In this document: positions 24,935 to 34,493 of the stretch, one piece after another
Position numbering within the stretch: the stretch's first letter is position 1
How the letters are laid out: each line of letters starts with the position of its first letter
Virus record (IMG/VR): IMGVR_UViG_3300017991_005548
Span: 124,001-188,000 of that record
DNA: 64,000 nt
Direction: 5' to 3' (one strand)
The notes under the pieces: model-generated
The model's database searches: none
Seen by the model: only the letters and a program-made list of their open reading frames with translations
Told to the model about the DNA's origin: nothing
Translations under genes and position numbers: made by a program

Positions 24935-27900
24935 TTATCTCCAAACATCTCCATTTGAATCATGTGCCCTGATATATTTTAAGCTACCCTCACTTTGATA
25001 TGCAATTGCTGGACGACCATTGGTTTCTCTTAAAGTGAGATAAGAAGCGTTTGTATCTATTATTTGAGGCGTATCTGTCCAACTAGTTCCTCCAGTATTG
25101 TCTGCTCTAATGTACTTAAGTATCCCCCCAGTTATGATATATGCTATAGCTGGGCGACCATTTATTGAGTAGACAGATACTTGTTCAATATCCACTAAAG
25201 ATCCTTCGTCACTAGCGTCATATGTATTCCATGATAAAGACCCTATAGAAAATTTCAAGATATTATTCCCAATAGATGGGTGATATCCGAAAGCGACACC
25301 ATAAGATGCCCCAATTATTGCCACAGAAACAGAGTTATTATATCCAGTTGATGGGAAGCTATATACAGTGCTATATGGATTCCAAAAGCCAGCAGTTCCC
25401 CCAGTTACAGTCCCAATCTCATCCTTATTCGGATTAAAATATACCATCCTGGTACTTCCAATGGCATCCATATATTGAGTCACTTCTGATGTAACTAATA
25501 AAGGGGATTCTGCCCCCCAGCTAGACCCATCTGCATTATCAGCTTGTAATGAGTACATGGAAAATCCGCCTTGTGAGTATACCGCTATTGGTTTTGAACC
25601 ATAAGTTAACTTAAGTGGATATTCATAAAGTGCGCCACCTCCACTTAAAATATCAGCAGGAGTATCCGTCCAAGAAGTACCGAAAGCATCGTCTGATTGG
25701 ATATATTGTGTAACATAAGGGAAGCTGTCTCCTTTACAATATAAAACGGCTGGCTTAAAGTTTACTTCAGCTAATGAAGGTGGATAGGTTTCATCTTCTA
25801 TTCCAAATGTGCCAATTGTAGCTGGGTTATCCCATTCATCCCCTGAAGTATCTGATGCCATAAGGAATCTCATCTCACCAGAGTTGTTGTCATAATAGGC
25901 AATTGCAGGTCTACTATTTATTATTTCCATAGAAGCATATTTTGCGTCTTGAGCCAAGACTTCATATGGAGCACTGCTAGATGATGAGCTTTCTGAATAT
26001 CCCCCCGAACTTAAACTGCTGGAGCTATCACTAGACTCAGAACTAGAACTGGAACTGGAATTCTCAGAGTACATCTCGGAACTGGAGCTTTCACTAAAAG
26101 AATCTGAACTCTCTGACCAAAACTCATTATCGCAATTATAAATATATACAAATGTTCCGTCAGAAGCGGCAACCTGACTATTGTTTAAATCAACCCCCTG
26201 CCAGAAGGAAAATGTTGGTACAAACAATATCTGGATATTTTCCCAATTCTCATCAATTTTTGTGTTTACATAAATAGGAAAAGAAACGCCTACAACATGA
26301 CTGTCTTTGTAAAGTCTTGATATGTTACCTGTATTTGTTCCAAATGAACCTTGATATACCCATGATGTTCCATTAAATTCATAGACAAGACCACCATTAA
26401 CAATCAAAGTATTATCATATATTGCAACAGTCAATCCGAATTGTGTTGTAAGGCTGGGCAAAGTCTGGAACTCTGACCAAGATGAACCATTCCACCGATA
26501 AATATAAACGACTCCATTATTTGAATCGTAGCTCTTGTCTCCAACCACAATCCAGTTTCCAAAAACATCAACGCCATCTCTGTTACCATAAGAAGGAGTG
26601 GCAGTAGTTGATCCTAAAGATGGAGTGATTTTCTGTATGAAATTCCAGCCACTAGAATAATGGTAAATATATATAGCGCCAAGAAATGAGCTATATACAG
26701 GTGCTCCGACCACTAATCTTCCGTTATGAAGCTTTATTGCAGAGCCAAAATAATCCCCGACATTTTCTCCTGCAAAAAGTGCTGTGCTGGACCAAGAGGC
26801 CCCAGTATTACGATAAACATAAACTAATCCAGTAGTTGAGAGAGACAACTGAGAAGAGCATGCTAAGTCTTTTTGTCCAGATTGACTGTCGTCTAAAGCA
26901 ACAATTCCACCAAACAAATCTCCATCCCCAGATCCATTAATTTGAGTGTCATAGCTCCATGAACCACCAGCATACTCATACAAATAAACACATCCTCTGT
27001 TGTTATTCCCAGACGTGTCATACGTTGGATTGCCAATAGCCATGTAATCATCTGTCATTGAAATGTCATCAACATTACCTCCCCCAGGATTTGGTGGTTC
27101 AAGTGTTTGGATGATTTCGCAACCAAAAGAGGAACTGGAACTTTCTGAGTCGGATTGAGAACTAGAACTGTTGGAATAATTCTCAGAACTTGAGGATTCT
27201 GAGAACCCCCCACTATCAGAACTTGAAGATTCTGAGAATCCCGCAGAACTAGGGCTAGATGTACTTGACGGATCTGAAAACATCTCTGAACTTGTTGAAC
27301 TGGAACTCTCAACAAAGAAGTATTTATTCTCATCCGATATTACATAAAATGTGTCAGAGGATGGATGCTGACTTGCTCTTAAAATATATGGGAAACTATC
27401 ACTTGTTGATAAAACACCCAAATAGGTTCCACTTGAATCGAATTTAACAATTCGGAGGCTTGACTGAGTACCTCCACCAACATAAAGATAATCTGTTGAG
27501 GTGTCAATATCAAAACAGCTAACTGATTTACCTGAGAAATATGAAGTAATATTATAGTCAATAGTTTTAACTAAATTCCCATTTATATCTGCAAACTTAA
27601 AGAGCTTATTCTCAGTTAAGATGAATAGATCCCCTTTTGAATTCGATAATGCTCCAAGAACATTACTATCAGTAAAAGATCCTGTTGCAATCATATCCCC
27701 ATCAGAATTAAAGCTTAGAAGACCCAGTATCTCGTCAACTACATAACAACCTCCACTATCATGGTTAGTACAAGCTATAGTTGGGGAACTTAAGTTGATT
27801 ATCTCAATGTCAATATTAAGATCTTTGTCTGTTTTGTAAACAGATGTTCCATCAACAACCCAACACCCTAAACATTCATTATTTGTAGGGTTCTCGTCTT

Positions 27901-28210
27901 CCATGGGAACTTGATACTGAATAACAGAGATGGAGTAAGGATAAGAAAGAGACAATGAATTTAGCTCATTACCTTCATAGTCCGACTTAATAACTAATCC
28001 ATTATTGGTATCTACTCTAAATATGTTCCCACTAGACCAGCAAGAGTCTACGGCCTGTTGAATGGAGAATTTAACAGGGGTATCATAAGATATTAAGGAC
28101 GAAACAAATGTAAATGAAGAATTGTATTGACTATATATCTGTTGATACCCGTCAAACCCAAAAGCCGTAACCCCTCTACTGCGTGATGTTTGTTGATTCG
28201 CAATATTCAC
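24935..28210 (-). CDS. Three-propeller structural/adhesin protein (N-terminal propeller, FG-GAP propeller, PAIAY-repeat propeller) separated by Ser tracts
   Basis: FG-GAP-like GDLFGGIVAL and GDYFGSAIKLHNGRLVVGAP; repeats INSRPAIAY, INGRPAIAY, TNGRPAIAY. The GTG start is uncertain. Confidence 0.8.
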   Translation of the reverse strand: MNIANQQTSRSRGVTAFGFDGYQQIYSQYNSSFTFVSSLISYDTPVKFSIQQAVDSCWSSGNIFRVDTNNGLVIKSDYEGNELNSLSLSYPYSISVIQYQVPMEDENPTNNECLGCWVVDGTSVYKTDKDLNIDIEIINLSSPTIACTNHDSGGCYVVDEILGLLSFNSDGDMIATGSFTDSNVLGALSNSKGDLFILTENKLFKFADINGNLVKTIDYNITSYFSGKSVSCFDIDTSTDYLYVGGGTQSSLRIVKFDSSGTYLGVLSTSDSFPYILRASQHPSSDTFYVISDENKYFFVESSSSTSSEMFSDPSSTSSPSSAGFSESSSSDSGGFSESSSSENYSNSSSSQSDSESSSSSFGCEIIQTLEPPNPGGGNVDDISMTDDYMAIGNPTYDTSGNNNRGCVYLYEYAGGSWSYDTQINGSGDGDLFGGIVALDDSQSGQKDLACSSQLSLSTTGLVYVYRNTGASWSSTALFAGENVGDYFGSAIKLHNGRLVVGAPVYSSFLGAIYIYHYSSGWNFIQKITPSLGSTTATPSYGNRDGVDVFGNWIVVGDKSYDSNNGVVYIYRWNGSSWSEFQTLPSLTTQFGLTVAIYDNTLIVNGGLVYEFNGTSWVYQGSFGTNTGNISRLYKDSHVVGVSFPIYVNTKIDENWENIQILFVPTFSFWQGVDLNNSQVAASDGTFVYIYNCDNEFWSESSDSFSESSSSEMYSENSSSSSSSESSDSSSSLSSGGYSESSSSSSAPYEVLAQDAKYASMEIINSRPAIAYYDNNSGEMRFLMASDTSGDEWDNPATIGTFGIEDETYPPSLAEVNFKPAVLYCKGDSFPYVTQYIQSDDAFGTSWTDTPADILSGGGALYEYPLKLTYGSKPIAVYSQGGFSMYSLQADNADGSSWGAESPLLVTSEVTQYMDAIGSTRMVYFNPNKDEIGTVTGGTAGFWNPYSTVYSFPSTGYNNSVSVAIIGASYGVAFGYHPSIGNNILKFSIGSLSWNTYDASDEGSLVDIEQVSVYSINGRPAIAYIITGGILKYIRADNTGGTSWTDTPQIIDTNASYLTLRETNGRPAIAYQSEGSLKYIRAHDSNGDVWR

Positions 28211-28256
28211 AAGTTACACTCATATGATCATAGAATATCTAAACATTCTTCAATTT

Positions 28257-29348
28257 TTACTGCTCGTTTTCCTCTAACCATTTTTTAGCAAGCAAAGCCT
28301 TCCAATGATTATTCTTGACACTTTCTTGTATAGAAATGTGATCTTCTAGAGGATTTGTTAAGCAATCAAACATACATGGTTCAAATTCCCATGCGATTTT
28401 CTTCTCTTCTGCCCTTTTCCGAAGGTTGTTAACAAGATCGCATGACTTTTTGCAGTTTATGCATTCATTGTATACCATTTGCTCCCTCAACCTAGTGCAG
28501 AAAGTTCTGACATTATCCCTAAAAATCATTTTTGCATTTTCTTCGTAGTAATCAATGATTTTCTGGTATTCTTGTTTTTTCATGAACTCATAAATTGTAT
28601 CAGCATATTCCCAAAGATGATTACCTATCTCTTCTGGATAACTCCTTTTGAGTTTCGGATCAATTTGATGTCGAGAGAAGTCCCCTTCTTCCAAGAAATT
28701 TTGAACCTTGCCTAATGTTTCATCAGGATACATGATAAGATCATCAAACGAAATAACCAGAATAGGTATGTCTGGGTTCGCTAAAAGCCATTTGCATGCC
28801 TGATATGTTACGTTAATAAACATTTCGGGAGTATGAATCCTTAACCCTGACTCAACTTCTTCTTCATGAGTCATAAAAGGAAATCGTTTTAATCTTTCCT
28901 GAGATTTAGCAACTTGCCTTGGATCTCTAAGCATATAGATGATTTTGTCAATATATTCAGGATTACTGTTAAAAAGACCCTGGCTAACGATCTTGCATAT
29001 TTGGCCATCAAGCTTAGGCATATTCATGTGCCACTTGATGCCTCTAACTGAGTATCGGCATTCCCAGAATCCGTTAGGATTCATGTCTTTGCTAATCTTA
29101 AAATCTCTTTCGGCATTTGGGGCAACTATTTCTCTTATATATTGCCTGGCCTCAAACTCTTCATCTGTTTCTTCATCGTGTTTTTGTAGTCCAATCGCGA
29201 TTCTTTGTTCCTGAGGAAATTTATGACCAATTATACGATCATCTCCAAAGGCTATGCGCAAGCAATCCATCATTAATGATGTGCCAGAACGAGGACACCC
29301 AGAAACAGTAATCAGACCTTTATTTTGTTGGTCAGAAGGAACATCCAT
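28257..29348 (-). CDS. PAPS-dependent sulfotransferase (P-loop sulfotransferase family) with C-terminal 6-Cys region
   Basis: 5'-phosphosulfate-binding loop ITVSGCPRSGTSLMM, NPNGFWE, 3'-phosphate-binding IIYMLRDPRQVAKS, and ILVISFDDLI..P motif. GGAG RBS. Confidence 0.88.
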   Translation of the reverse strand: MDVPSDQQNKGLITVSGCPRSGTSLMMDCLRIAFGDDRIIGHKFPQEQRIAIGLQKHDEETDEEFEARQYIREIVAPNAERDFKISKDMNPNGFWECRYSVRGIKWHMNMPKLDGQICKIVSQGLFNSNPEYIDKIIYMLRDPRQVAKSQERLKRFPFMTHEEEVESGLRIHTPEMFINVTYQACKWLLANPDIPILVISFDDLIMYPDETLGKVQNFLEEGDFSRHQIDPKLKRSYPEEIGNHLWEYADTIYEFMKKQEYQKIIDYYEENAKMIFRDNVRTFCTRLREQMVYNECINCKKSCDLVNNLRKRAEEKKIAWEFEPCMFDCLTNPLEDHISIQESVKNNHWKALLAKKWLEENEQ

Positions 29349-29384
29349 AATAATTCTCCATGTTATGCTAATAAATCCTTAAAC

Positions 29385-29392
29385 ATTATACA
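29385..29392 (-). promoter_or_regulatory. TGTATAAT -10-like element upstream of the sulfotransferase
   Basis: The same octamer lies in the intergenic gaps at 50605-50612 and 59330-59337. Confidence 0.45.
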
Positions 29393-29409
29393 TGAAGGGC
29401 TAGGTCAGA

Positions 29410-30147
29410 TTAATCAAAATAAGCAGGAATTGAGTTTTCTATCATAATCCTGCTTACTGAACACTGGAGGTTGTTTAGATTATAAACATTGTCCAGTATC
29501 TGGAAAGGGATATCTTCAAAAACACTTGAACCTGAAGGGGCAGTTTGGCCAATGGCTGTATAGAAGGCGCTATTGACATCAAGATCATCAATAATTGGAA
29601 CCCCACCACCAACAATATCTTGATCGTCAACTCGAATAACCATAGTTACATCATTACCTATATAAGAAATCTCATCTTTATCCCAGAAAAATTCAATTTC
29701 AAAGCTAGTGTTTTTTGATATTGTGGTTTCGTCGTCTATCAATGAGTAACTGCCAGCGGAAGTTTTGACTCTAAATTCTATTCCATCTTTTGTAAAAAAC
29801 GCTCCAATCCCTGGAGATTCAATATCTGTTTCGCCCATATTGACTCCCCAAAGCATATATTCCTTTTCTGAAAATCTAGCTGGGTGGATGACTCCATTCT
29901 GCAAATTAAATGGGAAAGACATGATTAATCCGACATATCCAGTTGATATAGAGAAAAGCTTGGATGCATCATCACAGAAGATTCTACCCTGATTATGCAA
30001 AGTTTTCTTTATTGATGACGCGAAATGAGGGGTTTCGTTATCCTCCACGACCTCAAAGAAACCAGAATGACGCATTTCAGCCGCATTATCAATCAAAGGG
30101 TTGTGAATGCTTTTTAGGTCTTTTGTGTCGCTATAGTAAGTGATCAT
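29410..30147 (-). CDS. Hypothetical beta-sandwich (possibly LamG/ConA-like) structural protein
   Basis: 245-aa acidic, beta-rich ORF with an AGGAG RBS in the tail cluster. Confidence 0.65.
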   Translation of the reverse strand: MITYYSDTKDLKSIHNPLIDNAAEMRHSGFFEVVEDNETPHFASSIKKTLHNQGRIFCDDASKLFSISTGYVGLIMSFPFNLQNGVIHPARFSEKEYMLWGVNMGETDIESPGIGAFFTKDGIEFRVKTSAGSYSLIDDETTISKNTSFEIEFFWDKDEISYIGNDVTMVIRVDDQDIVGGGVPIIDDLDVNSAFYTAIGQTAPSGSSVFEDIPFQILDNVYNLNNLQCSVSRIMIENSIPAYFD

Positions 30148-30158
30148 TTGATTACTCC

Positions 30159-30599
30159 TTATGAATAGTCAAAGAACACCTTATATGCTCCATTTCCCGT
30201 TTCAAGATTAGTCGATCCAATCTCAATATCAAGATAGATGTAGTCAGATACAGCAGAACTTTTGTTCCCTATATCTTCATTGTTTGCGTCTCCAGATGTT
30301 CCTGTCGTGTTGAGTCCAGAAAAGTGGTTAGACAATGGGGAAGATGCTACTGAGGAACTAAAATCTGGTGATGTTTCGATACCGAAATGGCCATCGTCCC
30401 CAGAAGTTACACTAATTCCGCCATTTGATATGACCCCCAGTTTGATATTTCCTACTGCGGAAACATCATCAAACGCTATGTCGATGACCTTAACTCTACT
30501 ATGAGTTCCAGAAGTTATTCTCCCAAAATCCAAAATAGAGACGTTGCCTAACAGAGCGCCACTCTCATTATGATACTCCCTAACTGTAATACTAGGCAT
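30159..30599 (-). CDS. Small beta-rich structural protein (likely start MPSITVREY)
   Basis: AAGGAG RBS before ATG at 30599. The longer track start overlaps the upstream gene. Confidence 0.7.
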   Translation of the reverse strand: MPSITVREYHNESGALLGNVSILDFGRITSGTHSRVKVIDIAFDDVSAVGNIKLGVISNGGISVTSGDDGHFGIETSPDFSSSVASSPLSNHFSGLNTTGTSGDANNEDIGNKSSAVSDYIYLDIEIGSTNLETGNGAYKVFFDYS

Positions 30600-30609
30600 A
30601 GTTTTCTCC

Positions 30610-33600
30610 TTATTTTTTAGGCATAATCCATTTTTTGGTTTGGACTTCGCTCCAGCCACTATCGGCTGAGTAAACCTGAATATTTACATAATATAGTTCT
30701 CCAGGAGTCAAGTTATCTCCTCCACCATAATAGATTGAGTTCAAGTCTGTTTCAATTATACCAGAGTCCCACTTGTCGCTCAAATATGGCTGAGAACCAA
30801 CAAAAATTCTTACTTTTTCAACTGTTCCGATTTCTTTGATATGTTCGTTTTTAACAACCATGGCCGTATATTCAGTGACCCCACTGTCTACCCAACCTTG
30901 GAAAGTAAAGTCTTCGAAACTCAAGAACCCAACTAACCCACTTTGAAGAACGATAACCATTTGATTATTCTGCTCGTCATAATCAACTCCAATTGATCCA
31001 AAGAAATCGATCTCCGTTTCACTTGAAGAAGGATAAATATCAACCATACTAAAATCAGCATCTGAGAAATCTTCGTTCGCATCATTGACTTCTGCGGCAA
31101 GCCATTCCATTCTTATTTTGTAATCTGAAGCTATTTCCAAGGTTGCTGGAACATTCCAAGCAAACACTCCAGTGTTCGGAGTTGATGAAGTTATGGTTCT
31201 CAAAAATACATCTTCTTTATATAACTCAATCTTGACAGAATCATTAATGGACTTGTTAGATTTCCATAATATCTCGACTTCTCCACCAATTAAAACATTC
31301 TCACCACCATTAGGATATTCAATCTCTACAGGTTGTGTTGCTGGAGTCGGATTATCTTCCTCATCGGGCTTAAACAAAACATTAGGAGACGTTGTAACAT
31401 TGTATTCTCCGTTCAATGTATTGTAAGCGTGATGTTGAGCGACAAACTGATCTCCCCCAGCATCAATCTCAGACAATCCATATAAGAAGTTGTTAGAACA
31501 GAACTTACAATATCTAGCCTGACCGTTGGTGAATCTTTCATTAATCAATAATCTAAAGAAGTCTCTATCAAGAACTCTCAAATAACTATCATCGGACCCA
31601 TTTAATGCAATCATAAGTTGACCGTTACTTGAAATGTCGAAATCTGAGATTTCATATCCCTCAATTCCATAGATTGCTGTGATTGATCCGTCATACTTCC
31701 AAAGAACATTCGTCCCAGCAACAAATGTTGAATTGTAATAATCGGATTGTACGATTTTAAACGGAGCATCGAACCCATCAACTTCACTAACAGTTGTCAA
31801 AGCATCTGGGTCGAGTTCTTGAATCTTTCCTAACTCTGGCAGTGCTGTCCATATGTTAGTATCATACCACGACATAATTTGATAAACATTATCAACAGAT
31901 GTATTCTCAGTTACAAAAAGTTGAGGTTGATCAGAGTTGTCAATGAAATGTTCAATTGTATATTTCTTAAGTTTCTCATCTGTAGTGACATACATTTGTT
32001 GCCCTTCAGGATTAACAATAATGTTCTTAATTGTACCGTCCTCAGAGGTACTAAATGCTGATGCGGCTACATTTGAGTTATATTCGATTTTATAAAGTCT
32101 GTCGTCCGAAGTTCCAGCCCAAAATGATCCTGTTGAATCTTCTAATGGATTGTAAGAAACATTTGATGAAATTGCATCAGTAATTAAGTCTTGATTCCAA
32201 GTGAATTTAGGTATGATAAATGAGTATTTTACTTGTTCGTCTTTATATTTTTCTTCCTGAATCCTAACACTGATATTTTTAACAGGAGAGTCTTTGACAA
32301 TTAGATCCACATAAAAAATGGGTTCATGTTTAATGTTGACATCATCATCTTCTGGAACATAACAATTGCTTGCTCCAGCGATTTCCTCAACATCTGGAGG
32401 ATTCAGTAGATTGTCGTAATTGAAAAATTCATTATTAACAGTTCTAAACGAGAATTGTATTTGTTGAGTGTCGTCATCTGAATCAAATCCACTTTGTGGA
32501 GTATAGGTAAATGGAATTAAGTTGTCTGGGTTATTTCCAGCAATGATCTGGTTTAATACTTCTGTGAACTCATCTGGTAAGCTTGAAAAAGAAGATTCAG
32601 AAGAGGAGTTCACATCCCATTCGTCTCCGTCAACATCCTCGGATATTGCAAACATTAAAGAGCCATTATAAGCAATCGCTGGTCTTCCATCTACAACAGT
32701 TAAAGAAGTCCCCTCAGTATTGTTTGTCAATGAAGAGACAACCACTGGTGTTGGCCAATTCGTGCCATTTATATCTTCAGAACGAATATATCTTAATTGA
32801 GTGTCTACAGAAGCTTGATAACTAATCGCAGGATGTCCATTCACAATGGCTAGGGAGTTCCAAACCCCGACATAGCCACTATCAACATCTTTTATGTTCC
32901 CCGCCGACCAATTTAACCCATCAGCATCGTCTGCGATAGTGTATTTTAGCTTAAAGCCATGGACATCATAATAGCTTACACAAGGCTTGCCATTGGTGAT
33001 GGCTATAGACATATATCTATAACTTCCCGAATCAATTAAAAATCTATTTGTAGAGGTCCAGCTAGACCCATTAGCATCATCTGCCTGAAGATAAGATAAA
33101 AATGAGCTTTTTCTGTATACTACTGCTGGCTTGCCATTTACCTCTGCTAAAGAAGATTCCCTAATGAAGTCTGGAGTATTGTCAACTTGCTTGACATTTC
33201 CTGCTGACCAATTTGATCCATCAGCGTCATCTGCTATTGCATATTTGATATATTGATTAGTCTCATCCCAATATGATATTGCTGGCTTACCATTAATTAT
33301 TGCCAAAGATGGATTGTGCCCCACGTCACCAAATGAATCTACTGTTTGGTAATTCGACCAACTTGAACCATCAGCATCATCTGATTGAATATAAATGAGG
33401 TTTTCTACAACAGAGTCATAATATGCTATCGCAGGTTTTCCGTTTACAGAGGATAATGAAACCTCAAAACTAGAAGCCCCACCAGAAGAAATAGTTTTTA
33501 TATTGCTGGATGGCCAGAAAAGGCCCTCTATATCACTGGCAATGACATACTTTAATTGTGAATTGTCATCATCATAATATGCAATAGCTGGCTTGCCATT

Positions 33601-33663
33601 AATAACCGACAAGCTGGAGCTTGTCATGGTTGTTCCGCCAGAATCTACTGTTATAATTGCCAT
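30610..33663 (-). CDS. Structural protein: PAIAY-repeat beta-propeller, second propeller and Ig-like (YPNGGE) domain
   Basis: Seven (I/V)NG(K/H/R)PA(I/V)(A/S)Y-type blades in the first ~350 aa. The Ig-like domain is homologous to the one in 22147-24585. Confidence 0.8.
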   Translation of the reverse strand: MAIITVDSGGTTMTSSSLSVINGKPAIAYYDDDNSQLKYVIASDIEGLFWPSSNIKTISSGGASSFEVSLSSVNGKPAIAYYDSVVENLIYIQSDDADGSSWSNYQTVDSFGDVGHNPSLAIINGKPAISYWDETNQYIKYAIADDADGSNWSAGNVKQVDNTPDFIRESSLAEVNGKPAVVYRKSSFLSYLQADDANGSSWTSTNRFLIDSGSYRYMSIAITNGKPCVSYYDVHGFKLKYTIADDADGLNWSAGNIKDVDSGYVGVWNSLAIVNGHPAISYQASVDTQLRYIRSEDINGTNWPTPVVVSSLTNNTEGTSLTVVDGRPAIAYNGSLMFAISEDVDGDEWDVNSSSESSFSSLPDEFTEVLNQIIAGNNPDNLIPFTYTPQSGFDSDDDTQQIQFSFRTVNNEFFNYDNLLNPPDVEEIAGASNCYVPEDDDVNIKHEPIFYVDLIVKDSPVKNISVRIQEEKYKDEQVKYSFIIPKFTWNQDLITDAISSNVSYNPLEDSTGSFWAGTSDDRLYKIEYNSNVAASAFSTSEDGTIKNIIVNPEGQQMYVTTDEKLKKYTIEHFIDNSDQPQLFVTENTSVDNVYQIMSWYDTNIWTALPELGKIQELDPDALTTVSEVDGFDAPFKIVQSDYYNSTFVAGTNVLWKYDGSITAIYGIEGYEISDFDISSNGQLMIALNGSDDSYLRVLDRDFFRLLINERFTNGQARYCKFCSNNFLYGLSEIDAGGDQFVAQHHAYNTLNGEYNVTTSPNVLFKPDEEDNPTPATQPVEIEYPNGGENVLIGGEVEILWKSNKSINDSVKIELYKEDVFLRTITSSTPNTGVFAWNVPATLEIASDYKIRMEWLAAEVNDANEDFSDADFSMVDIYPSSSETEIDFFGSIGVDYDEQNNQMVIVLQSGLVGFLSFEDFTFQGWVDSGVTEYTAMVVKNEHIKEIGTVEKVRIFVGSQPYLSDKWDSGIIETDLNSIYYGGGDNLTPGELYYVNIQVYSADSGWSEVQTKKWIMPKK

Positions 33664-33671
33664 TCTTTACC

Positions 33672-34493
33672 TCAAGGAATCGGCTGTTCTTCTAAGTAAG
33701 CCGTACCTAATAATTTATTATTATCTCTAAAAATCTGTTGTATGTAGTAATTGACAGTATCATTTATTATAACAAAAGCATTCCCAGAACTTCTATCTAT
33801 ACTGACACAAGTTAAATTCTCTAATCTCTCGTCCTTCAAATCGTTCTCAATGATCTGCTGAGTATCAAAATCAACCATATAAAGAACCGAATCTGCGACA
33901 AACCATAAACGATTCAAATTAGTGTCATAATCCATCGTGAAATTCTTAGGAAGCGTTGATAGATACGGCTTCTCATATTCAATTGTGGTTGAAGGGATTG
34001 TTCCAGGAAATTCAAACTCAAACAACGTTTCGCCAATATTATTTAATTGAGTCACTTTCTGAGTTGAAGCGTCAACAAAACTCTTTACAAAAATCGTTCG
34101 ATTATTCCTGTTAAGAATAATTGAATGTGGCAAAGTGAATCCTTCAATTGAACGAATAAAAGAATTGTCAACAGAACTTAAAGACAAAACATTCCCATTA
34201 CCCGCATCGGCTATCCAATATCTTCTATTAAATGGATTCCAAGCCGTATCTAGAGGAAAATTAAGGTCCCCATAGTCCGTTATGGATTTGATCGTTGTTG
34301 CGCTATAATCATCGTTATTTGGGTTCTGAGGGTATAGTATGACGGTTCCATCATCTAACAATGGGTAACAGGTCAAAAACGTTCCATTAATAGGGTGAAT
34401 TTTAATAGATTGAACTTCATCAATATTCTCGACTGTTCTAGTTTCGAGAAGACTGATTTCTCCTAAATTAATTGTATTGATTCTATCTGACAT
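33672..34493 (-). CDS. NHL/YncE-like beta-propeller protein
   Basis: LNFPLDTAWNP..RRYWIADAGNGNV and FTLPHSI blades. Confidence 0.7.
   Translation of the reverse strand: MSDRINTINLGEISLLETRTVENIDEVQSIKIHPINGTFLTCYPLLDDGTVILYPQNPNNDDYSATTIKSITDYGDLNFPLDTAWNPFNRRYWIADAGNGNVLSLSSVDNSFIRSIEGFTLPHSIILNRNNRTIFVKSFVDASTQKVTQLNNIGETLFEFEFPGTIPSTTIEYEKPYLSTLPKNFTMDYDTNLNRLWFVADSVLYMVDFDTQQIIENDLKDERLENLTCVSIDRSSGNAFVIINDTVNYYIQQIFRDNNKLLGTAYLEEQPIP

Noticed and set aside
28176-28223. Short out-of-frame ORF MSVTCEYCESTNITQ overlapping the start of 24935-28210
   Set aside because: It has only 15 codons and no RBS, so it is likely chance. It is noted only because the GTG start of the main gene is weak.
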